This document shows, piece by piece, positions 36,401 to 46,159 of a DNA stretch of 64,000 nucleotides. How positions within the stretch are numbered: the stretch's first letter is position 1; every line of letters begins with the position of its first letter. Location of the stretch: positions 248,001-312,000 of the forward strand of contig OW569366.1 in NCBI GenBank assembly GCA_937625935.1, read 5' to 3'. The notes under the pieces were generated by a model, which was not told the DNA's origin, did no database searches, and saw only the letters and a program-made list of their open reading frames with translations. A program made the translations under genes and the position numbers. Origin of the DNA: Tetramitus jugosus. Lineage: Eukaryota > Protista > Heterolobosea.

Positions 36401-37313
36401 GTCGATCATCATTATTTGATTGCTTATTATCATCATCATCATCATGTTCATCATCATTTGTATGATCACCATCATGTTCATCATCATTCATGGGTGTTCT
36501 CTGTTTTGTCTCAACAATCAACTCTGATCCATCCTTTAATATAGAAATGAAATTTTGACCAATCATCGCATGACTATCTAAGTTCTTATTATTATTATTC
36601 TCATTATTACTATTATTATTATTCTCAATATGATTATTATTATTATTATTATTATTGTGAAGAGAGAGAGTAGATTTGACATGAATGTGAATACAGACAT
36701 TGGAATGAATCCACAGTGGAAACACCAATCCAGCATACACTACTCGTATCTGTTTCATTAAACAATCCTCAATGGATGATTGATTGTATTCCAATATTTC
36801 AGAGTCATTCACTGTATTTGGCTCTACAAATATACGTTCTTCATAACAAGCACAATCATTATTACTAGTAGTATTATCCATAGTAGATGTAGTAGTAGTA
36901 GTATTGGAAGGGTAATTGACAATATATGATTGATATTGTTGTTGAATGAGTTCGAGTGGAATGTGCTCCACTGTAATCATTGTGTATTCTTCAATGGAGA
37001 GACAAGAGGCAAATGAGATTGGTATTTCAATGCAACCGACATCACTGGTGGACCATGACCAACCTACATGAGCATGTCTGAGTTGAGATGCTGGTGATGA
37101 TGATGATGATGAATTGTTACTACTGCTATTGTTGTTGCTGATGGTAAAGTGTTGTTGTTGTTGAGAAGCAATCCAAGTGAGTTTGAATAGAGCAAGTGGT
37201 ACAGTGTTGGGCAGTGATCGCGTCACATGCCGAGGCAAACTCACAAAACAACTCTTGTGATTGTTGAATATGACCTTGAGTTGATGAGTGGTTGATGATG
37301 TTGTTGATTGCAT
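33432..37313 (-). CDS. PEX1: Peroxisomal AAA ATPase PEX1
   Basis: N-terminal KSCFVSLP and [15 protein letters not shown]; D2 [60 protein letters not shown]; C-terminal QRVTLA. Confidence 0.93.
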   Translation of the reverse strand: [1293 protein letters not shown]

Positions 37314-37508
37314 TTTTTTTGTTTTTGTTGTTCAATTATTAATGCCGGTGATTATTTGATTCTTGTGAACAAACACTTGTCAACAAAAAAGAATATCCTG
37401 ACACTGAGCAATATCGGATACAAAAAACAACAACAAGAGCGCACTTGATTGACTATAGAACAAGAATAAAGAAAGTTAAGCTTTAATGAGAAAAACAATA
37501 AGGGCAAT

Positions 37509-37940
37509 TTATAATGCTCTGATCTTCTTGGCAACCAAATCCATTTCCTTTTGGCCGACAGAGGTCACTCTTCTGCCTCCCTTCTTGGTGTCCTTGACGA
37601 GGACGCCAGCCTTCTCTAGTTGTTGCAAAACCTTTCTTTGGACTTGACCAGTAGCGTCAGCGTGATGGTATGGAGCATAACCACCATTCTTTCTGCCACC
37701 GAACTTTCCGTTCAAAGCACCAGCACCAGTACCTGGTCTCAAGTAAATGTTTCTGGCGACAGCAGCGCATCTAATATAGAACCAATCCTTGTTGAATGGT
37801 TGGAGTTCCTTGTGGACAGAGGTCTTGACGATGTCGACCCAAGCTGGGAGCTCGATCTTTCCTCCCTTCTTCAAGAAGTTTGCGTATTCAACGACGAACT
37901 TTTGTCCATTAACGTCCTTCACGGTGGCGGCTTTGCTCAT
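37509..37940 (-). CDS. RPS19: 40S ribosomal protein eS19
   Basis: MSKAATVKDV..FLKKGGKIELPAWVDIVKT..KELQP...DWFYIRCAAVARNIYLR..GRRVTSVGQKEMD; likely start is the internal ATG at 37940. Confidence 0.96.
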   Translation of the reverse strand: MSKAATVKDVNGQKFVVEYANFLKKGGKIELPAWVDIVKTSVHKELQPFNKDWFYIRCAAVARNIYLRPGTGAGALNGKFGGRKNGGYAPYHHADATGQVQRKVLQQLEKAGVLVKDTKKGGRRVTSVGQKEMDLVAKKIRAL

Positions 37941-38174
37941 GGTTTTCTGGCGATATATTTTTTGACTTAACGTGGTTGTTGATTCGTTTTTTTGTTTTTT
38001 GCTTTGAGAATTTTGCAGCGTTGACTTCCAAGTTGACTTGCAAGCTTCATTGACTTCCCTGAACATACAAAAAATAAAAAATGCAAACGAGCACATGGTG
38101 GAAAATGTGAAAAAATGGATGACAACATCATTCATCACAATCAATGCTTGTATGTGTTCATTTTTCAGCACATT

Positions 38175-39425
38175 CTATAGAATTGTAGCAAGAGCTCCTG
38201 CTATGATCTGAGTGCAATCCTGTGATCGAAACACCACCTTGTTCGATATCGTGACCGATTCAAAATTATTGTTGAGCATCTCTGATTTCTCCTGTTGTGT
38301 CCAATCTGCCTCTGGTCCCAACATGATCATGATTCTCTTTTGTTCTTGCACCAGTGGTTGCAATTCTTCATCATCGTCGTCTTCTTCTTCACTATCACTG
38401 TCATCACTATCGCTGTTCTCACTGTCATCACTGTCATCATCGTTCCACACTGTGCTGTTATTCTTCTTCTTCTGGTTGTTGTTATTGCGCAACTCGTTCA
38501 ACACATCCAACACATTGTATCGACCATTGACATCAAGATACAATTTCTTGTGATACAATGGCCCATAATGATGTTTCTGTTGTTGCTTCATCTCACTCAT
38601 GACCTGCGACAGAGTCTTTGGAGGTGAAATGATGGGAAATCGTTGTAATTGTTTGGCTTGTTCACACGCAGAGACAACTACTTTGGTGATGCGCTCCTGA
38701 TTGGTATAATAGCGGATCACTTGTTGATCAATTGCAGTTGTTGGCAATGATGCTACAGATGATGATGAAGATGGTGATGATGAATAGATGGGTGGTAATA
38801 TGGGTTGTATGTGATGAATACCTACTTGAGCACAAGCATACAATTGTTCCTCCCATGACTCTCTCCTGCTCAACATGCCAGTGCACATGGTGATGTGGTA
38901 GGGCGATGGTGATGCAGATGACAATTCTTGATGATAATGATGATTTGATGATGATGATGATGATGCGAATGGTAATGTTGGGTGAAGTGGTCTCATGAGA
39001 CATGCACTCCGATTGACTTGAACAATTTGATACAGTTGATGAACAATGGGTATTTCTAGATTCATAGCAGCAGCAGAAGCAGAATTATCATTCTCACTTG
39101 CATCCCTCTTCTTCTTCTTTCTATAGTGTTGTTGTTGTTGTTGTTGTTGATCATTTGGTGATACTGATGATACTGATGTCGATATGGGTGAAGACGATGA
39201 GTTTGTGAACAAGATGAGCTCATCTCCCTCCTTTCCTCTCAACACTTTTGAGATTCGCTTATAGATTTGTTCTTCTTCAAATGAATGGTTCGGCGATAGT
39301 AGAATCATGTTCTCATTGTTGACACGCTTCACCTTGCATTGATTGAGATGAGGATGAAAGATGGCAAATGTGTGCTTGTCTCTCAGTACACGACTCGGTT
39401 TAAATATCATTATTTGCTTCCACAT
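38175..39425 (-). CDS. RsmE-like SPOUT rRNA methyltransferase (m3U1498), probably organellar
   Basis: VLRGKEGDELILF, SACEQAK, IMLGPEADWTQQE and VFRSQDC match RsmE motifs VLR...GD...LF, A.EQS, IGPEGG and LR.ETA. Confidence 0.7.
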   Translation of the reverse strand: MWKQIMIFKPSRVLRDKHTFAIFHPHLNQCKVKRVNNENMILLSPNHSFEEEQIYKRISKVLRGKEGDELILFTNSSSSPISTSVSSVSPNDQQQQQQQHYRKKKKRDASENDNSASAAAMNLEIPIVHQLYQIVQVNRSACLMRPLHPTLPFASSSSSSNHHYHQELSSASPSPYHITMCTGMLSRRESWEEQLYACAQVGIHHIQPILPPIYSSSPSSSSSVASLPTTAIDQQVIRYYTNQERITKVVVSACEQAKQLQRFPIISPPKTLSQVMSEMKQQQKHHYGPLYHKKLYLDVNGRYNVLDVLNELRNNNNQKKKNNSTVWNDDDSDDSENSDSDDSDSEEEDDDDEELQPLVQEQKRIMIMLGPEADWTQQEKSEMLNNNFESVTISNKVVFRSQDCTQIIAGALATIL

Positions 39426-39544
39426 GTTGTTGTTCTGTTGTCTGGTGGCAACCAGTTGCAATTAATCTATGTTGATTTGATTTTGTGTGGAATAATCAAA
39501 AATGTTTCCTTTTTATATTTGTTGTTGTGATGATGGTCAGAGAG

Positions 39545-41059
39545 TCATCGGGGGGCTTGGTCATTCGAGGGATTATTATTCTTGTGCTCTTGTGATTGTT
39601 GCTCTTGAGATTGTTCAGAAGAGCTGTTGGCACTCGCTGATGGTGCACCACTGTTGCTGCTACTCATGCTAGCAAACAATGAGGTGTTTGGTGGGAATAA
39701 GGTTGCACTATGAGAGGATGCAGAACGCAATGAAAACAGAGAAGTCGTATTCGTAGAGCTTGCTACACTTGTTGTGGCTCGTTTCTTTCGACCAGAACCA
39801 GCACCACTGCCTGTCTTGTTACCTCCTGTTTGAAAATGGGGTGCCAATGACATCTTGTTGTTTGGATTGTTATTGGTCTTGTTGAATCGATCATACGAAA
39901 TGAACTTGATTTTCTTGTCCTTTTTCCTTCTTGGGGGAGTATTGCTATTGCTATTGTTGTTGTTGTTGTTAGTGATATTAGTATTCGTATTAGTAGTAGT
40001 GGTAGTACTTTGTGAAGTTACATTGTTTACATTCGTGTTTGGTTGTGTTGTTTCTTGTAAAGTAGTGCTGTCATTTGCTAAACTATTCTGCATAAAAGTA
40101 AAATGATGATTCGTAGTGTTCATTGTATTATGGTTGGCAGATGCAGTAGTGGTGGTATGATGATGATGATGATGATGATGCGAGTTGATTGCTTCGTCGT
40201 AGCTAGTCATACTGTTAGCAGCAAGATTGAAATGATGAGGATGATGATGAAGTGGTTCTGCAGCAGTAGAACATTGACTATTGTTAGCAATGATTCGATG
40301 TTCGATTGTATTGTTGTTGTTGTTTCGAGAGTCAATTTGGAGTGGCTGTGGATGATAGAGCTGATTCGAACTACCACCTGCATATGAGTTGGACGGAGAA
40401 GAAGATGAAGAATGTGTAAACATGTGATTGGTCGTACTGGAAGACATGTGACTGCCATGTTGCTGTTGCTGCTGTTGATTTGAATAATGATGGTAGTGAT
40501 TAAAATTGTCCATGAATGATGAAGGGGGATGGCAGAGAGTCGATGATGCTGATGAGGAAGTTGTTTGCAAAGAGACATCATGCTGCTCTCCCAGATGACC
40601 ATTACTTGTAGGTGGTGGTACAATGTGAGTAGAAGTACTAGTAGAAGTAGTAGTCGTGTTGTTCAATGAGAGTGATGGTGGTGGTACTGCTTGTTGGTCT
40701 TGTTGCATTCCAATGAACAACAAATCTTCCAATGTCTCTCCCACAATGACAGCAAATCTCGGGTCATCCTGTTCTGTAATTAATCGATAATTATTATTAC
40801 TGCTATTACTACTGTTGTTGTTGTTCGTATTTGTTTGTAACAATGGTTGGGTCATGTCATAAGTACTGTTGCTGTTGTTCATGACTGGACTATTCTCATT
40901 GGGTTGTTGTTGTGGTTGGTAGGTCATGTTACTATTGTTGTTATTGGTACTGGAGGCTTGAGAATGATTGGTGGTCACTTGAGAAGTCGAAGGGTACTGC
41001 TGTTGATGTTCTTGTTGTTGACCTCCATTGAAATGAATATCATCAAAGAAGGGGTTCAT
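39545..41059 (-). CDS. Low-complexity, intrinsically disordered protein (possible transcription regulator)
   Basis: 504-aa ORF rich in Q/N/S/T/H with basic NLS-like patches PPRRKKDKK and GRKKR. Confidence 0.5.
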   Translation of the reverse strand: MNPFFDDIHFNGGQQQEHQQQYPSTSQVTTNHSQASSTNNNNSNMTYQPQQQPNENSPVMNNSNSTYDMTQPLLQTNTNNNNSSNSSNNNYRLITEQDDPRFAVIVGETLEDLLFIGMQQDQQAVPPPSLSLNNTTTTSTSTSTHIVPPPTSNGHLGEQHDVSLQTTSSSASSTLCHPPSSFMDNFNHYHHYSNQQQQQQHGSHMSSSTTNHMFTHSSSSSPSNSYAGGSSNQLYHPQPLQIDSRNNNNNTIEHRIIANNSQCSTAAEPLHHHPHHFNLAANSMTSYDEAINSHHHHHHHHTTTTASANHNTMNTTNHHFTFMQNSLANDSTTLQETTQPNTNVNNVTSQSTTTTTNTNTNITNNNNNNSNSNTPPRRKKDKKIKFISYDRFNKTNNNPNNKMSLAPHFQTGGNKTGSGAGSGRKKRATTSVASSTNTTSLFSLRSASSHSATLFPPNTSLFASMSSSNSGAPSASANSSSEQSQEQQSQEHKNNNPSNDQAPR

Positions 41060-41389
41060 ATTTCTTTTGCAATTTCTGTTTCTGTGTGGCGAGAGCGAGA
41101 TTTGCCTTAGATGGCTTAGATTGGCGGTGGTTCTTGTTGTTGCTCAAGTGGAGGAGGTCATTGAAAAACACGAACATGTCAAAATACAACGAGATTTGTC
41201 ATGCATCAGCTGGTGTCGGAGCCCCCAAAATGGCAGGTTGGAAATTATCGGGAGATTATTGATTCAATTTGTGTAATTCGTGCCGCCTTTGCTTGTTTTG
41301 AACTCACCGGAACAAAAGGCTCAGAGAATCAAAAATCTGCTCGTCGTGCGTGCGCTCTTTCAGCTCTATCCAAAAACCAACCACATCCG

Positions 41390-42517
41390 ATGAAAGACCA
41401 GCAACAACAAACATCACCATCGTCATGGTCATCACGACTCTATTTGTTGATTGCTCAATGGACACAATGGCTCTATGACTTTATATGCATGATTGGTATA
41501 CGCATTGTCCAGTGTGGTCCCATTCCTGAACATGTGTCATTTGTCATGGACGGGAACAGAAGATGGGCCAAAGTGAGAAATTTGGATAGAGCTCAGGGTC
41601 ATGTCAACGGATTTCACAAGCTTGGTGATACGCTGACATGGTGCAAAAAAGTAGGTGTTCGCACAGTGACTGTCTTTGCTTTTGCAATTGATAATTTTAA
41701 GAGATCAAAGTCAGAGGTTGATTGTCTCATGGACCTTGCACGTGACAAGTTTGAAGACATGTTGAACGAGCCTTCATGGGTAGATGAGAATAAAATGGTT
41801 GTTCGAGTGTTGGGTCGATTGGATTTGTTGCCGCAGCATGTGAGAGACTTGGCCATTCGTGTCATGCAATACTCTGAGAAAAGATATGGTGCACAGAGTG
41901 AGTACATGATGAAACAGCAGCAATCACATCGGCAGCCACTCGTGTTGAACATGTGTTTTGCCTATAGTTCTTCCGATGAAATTACGCAGGCCATTACGGA
42001 TCACATGCTGATGGATCACGATGATTTAGCAAGTCATGTGAATAGCATTGTGGGTGATGACGACGATGGTGAGAGCACTGATGATGAAAAGGCACAAAAG
42101 ACTACTGTCGATAGCAAAGCACTCCCTACGGATCATCATCATCATCATCACAACCACCATAACGGCAATAATAACCATGGTTCAAACATGGATGTTGCGG
42201 CTAAACCAGTGAGTGTAGAGTCCATGAGCAAGCACATGAGAACGAGATTGTCAGGCAACCCGGATTTGGTCATCCGAACAAGTGGCGAGATTCGTCTGTC
42301 TGATTTTCTCACTTGGCAATGCACGAGTGACTCAATGCTGTACTTTACGGAGGCCATGTGGCCAGATTTCTCTCTCTGGAATTTCTTGGCCATCTTGCTG
42401 CGGTATCAGATGGGAAATGACGACCTTGAAAAGTATCGAGCATCACTCACCTCTATTGATCGCAAAACAAGCAAATCTTCAGTGGTTGCTGGTGTGAATA
42501 GCACAACCACTCACTGA
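41390..42517 (+). CDS. DHDDS: cis-prenyltransferase / dehydrodolichyl diphosphate synthase
   Basis: GPIPEHVSFVMDGNRRWA, GH..GF, VTVFAFAIDNFKRS..EV..LM, PDLVIRTSGEIRLSDFLTWQ, WPDFS. Confidence 0.93.
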   Translation: MKDQQQQTSPSSWSSRLYLLIAQWTQWLYDFICMIGIRIVQCGPIPEHVSFVMDGNRRWAKVRNLDRAQGHVNGFHKLGDTLTWCKKVGVRTVTVFAFAIDNFKRSKSEVDCLMDLARDKFEDMLNEPSWVDENKMVVRVLGRLDLLPQHVRDLAIRVMQYSEKRYGAQSEYMMKQQQSHRQPLVLNMCFAYSSSDEITQAITDHMLMDHDDLASHVNSIVGDDDDGESTDDEKAQKTTVDSKALPTDHHHHHHNHHNGNNNHGSNMDVAAKPVSVESMSKHMRTRLSGNPDLVIRTSGEIRLSDFLTWQCTSDSMLYFTEAMWPDFSLWNFLAILLRYQMGNDDLEKYRASLTSIDRKTSKSSVVAGVNSTTTH

Positions 42518-42720
42518 ACACTCATTTAACTCATCTACAGTTGTTGTGGTCTGGTCAAGTAAATGAACCTTCATCTATGCCCCGGCTCAATGACCCTATC
42601 GGGACCTTCAAGCGTAAATGTCCAGCTTATTATATGACAGGAGGAGAAATTCCGCATGAACTGGGGACCTCATAGCGTCATCCATCGCTAACCTCCCCCT
42701 CGGCCTCTCCTCGGATTGTC

Positions 42721-42729
42721 CTATAAAAA
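42721..42729 (+). promoter_or_regulatory. Putative TATA box of the GH19 gene
   Basis: CTATAAAAA about 90 nt upstream of the ATG at 42814, in a gene with strongly biased codon usage. Confidence 0.35.
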
Positions 42730-42813
42730 CAGCAACTGTGTGCTGTTACTCAATTCTGTCTTCCATCATCCATCCTTTCAAAAAAACATATCACACATAC
42801 ATACATATAAACA

Positions 42814-43875
42814 ATGAAAATCTCTCTGATTGCAATTGCTACAGTTTTGTTGTTGGCATTGTTGGCTGTCTCTCAAGCTGCCTCATCCAACGAAAAGTTC
42901 GCCAGAAAGCTCAACCATTGGGTCAAGAAGGCTGACCAAGCCAGACAATCTGTTGACTTGTCAAAGATTACTGACCCAAAGGTCAAGAAGCTCATGGAAA
43001 AGTTGAACGGTGCTATCCAGAAGGCTCAAAACGCCAGAAAGGTTGTTTCTTCCTTGAAGAAGAGCAGCAAGAAGACTGTCACTCCAACTGAAGAAGCTCT
43101 CTCTGATGCATCCATCTCCAATGGTGCTACATTGAAGGCTACTACTGGATTGAATGTTCGTTCTGGTCCATGTACCACCAAGTCCATTGTCAGAGGATTG
43201 TCCACTGGTCAAACTGCAACCTTTACCGGTCAAACTGCTACTGGATGTGGTTACACTTGGTACTCGATCAATGGTGGATGGGTCGCAAGCAACTTTGTCA
43301 CTGTTGTCGGTGGCGGAGGTGGTGGCGGTGGCAGCACTGGTCTCCTCTCCATTGCTCAACTCAAGTCCATTATGCCAAACTTGTCCAGCGCAAAGGCCAA
43401 TGACTACATTGGTCACATTAACAATGCCTTGTCCTGGGGAGCAATCACTAGCTGTGCTAGAAAGTCTGCCTTCTTGGCTCAATTGGCCCACGAGTCTGCA
43501 GAGTTGAGATACATGGAAGAAATTGCATCTGGTGCTGCTTATGAAGGCAGAAAGGACCTTGGTAACATTTACCCAGGTGACGGCAGAAGATACAAGGGCA
43601 GAGGTCCAATCCAATTGACTGGCAGATCCAACTATAGATCCGCTGGAAGAGACTTGGGCGTCGACTTGGAAGGAAACCCAACTCTTGCTGCTACTCCAGC
43701 CTGGGGATTCAAGATTGCTGCATGGTACTGGAAGACCAGATCATTGAACCAGTATGCTGACCAAAACTCTCAGGCTTCCTTCGATACCATCACCAAGAGA
43801 ATCAATGGTGGTTTCAATGGAAAGGCTGACCGTGACAAGTACTGGAGAAGAGCCAAGGGTGTTTTGGGATGCTAA
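42814..43875 (+). CDS. Secreted bacterial-SH3 (SH3b) plus GH19 lysozyme/chitinase-like enzyme
   Basis: Signal peptide; SH3b ATTGLNVRSGP..WYSINGGWVASNFV; Gly linker; GH19 AFLAQLAHES, GDGRRYKGRGPIQLTGRSNY, ITKRINGGFNGKADR. Confidence 0.9.
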   Translation: MKISLIAIATVLLLALLAVSQAASSNEKFARKLNHWVKKADQARQSVDLSKITDPKVKKLMEKLNGAIQKAQNARKVVSSLKKSSKKTVTPTEEALSDASISNGATLKATTGLNVRSGPCTTKSIVRGLSTGQTATFTGQTATGCGYTWYSINGGWVASNFVTVVGGGGGGGGSTGLLSIAQLKSIMPNLSSAKANDYIGHINNALSWGAITSCARKSAFLAQLAHESAELRYMEEIASGAAYEGRKDLGNIYPGDGRRYKGRGPIQLTGRSNYRSAGRDLGVDLEGNPTLAATPAWGFKIAAWYWKTRSLNQYADQNSQASFDTITKRINGGFNGKADRDKYWRRAKGVLGC

Positions 43876-44130
43876 ATTTCCAAAGTGTATATCAAATAAT
43901 AAATCAAAACACACATGTACTCTTGAGACTTTGGGGCAGCAGCGACTCGTGATCCAACATTGCTTATTACACAAAAATTCAAAGGCGTATGTACTCTCGC
44001 CAGGCCACGATAGACATTCTGTCTTCTGATTCGTGATGCTTGCTGCAATGTACAAAATTCCTTTTACATGGGGAAAAACAGTGCAAAAACAAGGCTCCAG
44101 ACCACAACAAGAAGAAGAACAGACCACAAG

Positions 44131-44838
44131 ATGAAACGAAAGCACCCTGACAGTTCCGTAAGAATCGTGAGGAATAGACAAGCACCACAACAACCCAAAA
44201 AGATCTTGAATCCAGAGGCACTGGGCAGCCAAACCACGCTTAAATTCATGTTAACAAACTGTTTGGTGTACACTGCGTTCAAGAATCATGAGTATTTCGA
44301 ATACCATCAATTCAGAAGAACCTTTCCCTCGCTGCTGCGTTTGTGCACTGAAAGTAACTCTTCAGCCAGAAATGAGCTTGAAAAGTTAATCACTATCATC
44401 AAAAAACCACTCGATAATGATCCTTGTAGTGCTCCAGCTACTAAAAGTGTGTCATTGGCAGTCAGACAAACAGTGTATGACAAGTTCTACAGCCTTGTCA
44501 CTTTCGAAAGGTTAAAAGAGAAGTGGAATGAACATGTCCCACACATGTCCCGGAGAGATGCCAGCATTCGTATCGGAACGGACATTGTGCTAACCTATGA
44601 TAGTCAGGAAAGTTATGACGGGAGGAGTGCAGATATTACTATTGCATATGGGGATGGTCGTTGTCGAGGAATTTTCATTGAGGATGCAAGATATCGTCCC
44701 TATTCCAAAGGCCATAATGTTTTGCAAGAGTTTAAAGTAGCACTTGGGTTGAAAAATATCGATGACGATGACGATATGATCGATGTAATATTGCTTGCAT
44801 TACCACTGTACTGGGATGTGATCGGATCGGATTTGTAG
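44131..44838 (+). CDS. Hypothetical protein
   Basis: Open frame of about 235 aa with ordinary globular composition; no motif recognised; start codon uncertain. Confidence 0.45.
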   Translation: MKRKHPDSSVRIVRNRQAPQQPKKILNPEALGSQTTLKFMLTNCLVYTAFKNHEYFEYHQFRRTFPSLLRLCTESNSSARNELEKLITIIKKPLDNDPCSAPATKSVSLAVRQTVYDKFYSLVTFERLKEKWNEHVPHMSRRDASIRIGTDIVLTYDSQESYDGRSADITIAYGDGRCRGIFIEDARYRPYSKGHNVLQEFKVALGLKNIDDDDDMIDVILLALPLYWDVIGSDL

Positions 44839-44899
44839 ACAAATGAACTATCGATTGAGTTGGTTGGGTTGTGATTTCGTTTTGTCGAGGATTAGTTTC

Positions 44900-44990
44900 A
44901 TGCTGAGGTGGCTGTTGTTTCGCTTTTGTTGTGGTGAACAGATGAAGGAGGGTCGTGAGACACCTCCGTGGTCGCTTTTCAGTCTTACCT
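44900..44990 (-). mobile_element. Remnant of the family-A ORF2 3' end (outermost member of the 5S stack)
   Basis: Encodes RRCLTTLLHLFTTTKAKQQ, identical to the end of ORF 29143-29994, with near-identical DNA. Confidence 0.75.
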
Positions 44991-45006
44991 CCCTTTCTGT
45001 GGGAAG

Positions 45007-45461
45007 TTTTTTTTAATACAACCATTGCAGTTGCTCTTTTTATTGTTTTTAGTTTACATTAGCCAACGCTCGCAGCCAACGTTGGTCCTGGTTATCTGTA
45101 CATTTTTTCCCAAAGAGGATCGTAGAGCGTCATTGCTTCTGTTTCCCTCCTTGAGCGAGCTTTCTCCGCTTCACACTGCTCACGAATGTTTTGGCTTTCT
45201 TTGCAGCTACTGACTTCTTCATCCTGTTAAGCACCAATCCATCTGTTACTTGCTCGATGGCATCTACCTCGATGCCCATCATTCCTTGAAGGTATTCTTT
45301 GCTGGTTTTCTTGATAGGTCTTCGCGACAACTTGCATTCCCTCGCAAGTTGTCAAACAAGATGTCGGTATAACTCTCTCGTGCCACTCCTAGCTCCACTA
45401 ACTCGTCTCCTGCTGTAATCTTCTACTTTTAACTGCTCGGGGGCAGCGATCTTTTCTGTGG
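45007..45461 (-). mobile_element. Degenerate 5'-truncated family-A non-LTR element
   Basis: RCPRA..DILFDN..KTSKEYLQGMMGIEVDAIEQVTDGLV..VKRR is homologous to ORF 29143-29994; ends AATGGTTGTATT-A8. Confidence 0.8.
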
Positions 45462-45478
45462 TCACCAAAACGTGGAAG

Positions 45479-46119
45479 TTTTTTTTCCATACAACAGTTG
45501 TTGCCACTTTATTCAATACACTACTATGAGACATGTCATCGCAGGTTCTGAGCTATTGTTCAGGTCTCTTCGCTAGCGAGTCTTTCCAGACTTTATACAT
45601 TCGTTTGATGCAAGATCTTTTTATTGCATTTACCAATCTTTTCACTTTTGTTTCCCGCTTCTTGCGGCCATACACTACTATTTCCTTCATCAGTACCTCC
45701 TTCTGGTCCTCTTCCGATGATCGACTGGGGATCCGAGGTAGCATTTTGCCATCATCGTACACCGCATTGTCAAACCAGAGATTGAGCTTGGCTGGTCTCA
45801 TAAACTCCAGTTTGTTCAATGAAACCTTGAATTCTTCCACTAGTTCGCTTCTTGCTCTTTTGGCTTCTTCACACTCCACCAAGAGGTGTAGTATCGTCTC
45901 CGGTTCACTCTTGCAATGAGCACACATGGTTTCCATCAGTGGTTCATACAGGTCTCGTACTACAGTCTTTGTGTGCAGAGTGCCACTCCGGACTTGGTGA
46001 TAAAACCACAACTCACCTCTTTCTAGACCAAAAGGGCACTTCAAGAACTCATTCCACTCCTTATCCTTCTGCAGTTCAGCTTCTAACTTCCAGTTTCCAT
46101 CTGACTCTATAGACTCAGC
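45479..46119 (-). mobile_element. 5'-truncated family-B non-LTR element immediately upstream of 5S rRNA
   Basis: WFYHQVRSGTLHTK..CAHCKSEPETILHLLVEC zf-RVT-type finger; 3' UTR AATAAA..CTGTTGTATGG-A9; flanked by the 16-bp TSD TCACCAAAACGTGGAA (45462-45477 and 46120-46135). Confidence 0.88.
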
Positions 46120-46159
46120 TCACCAAAACGTGGAAATAGCTCATTTTCAATGATAGAGT

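Noticed and set aside
42961-43614. Long antisense ORF over the GH19 gene
   Set aside because: Expected by-product of strong codon bias on the coding strand
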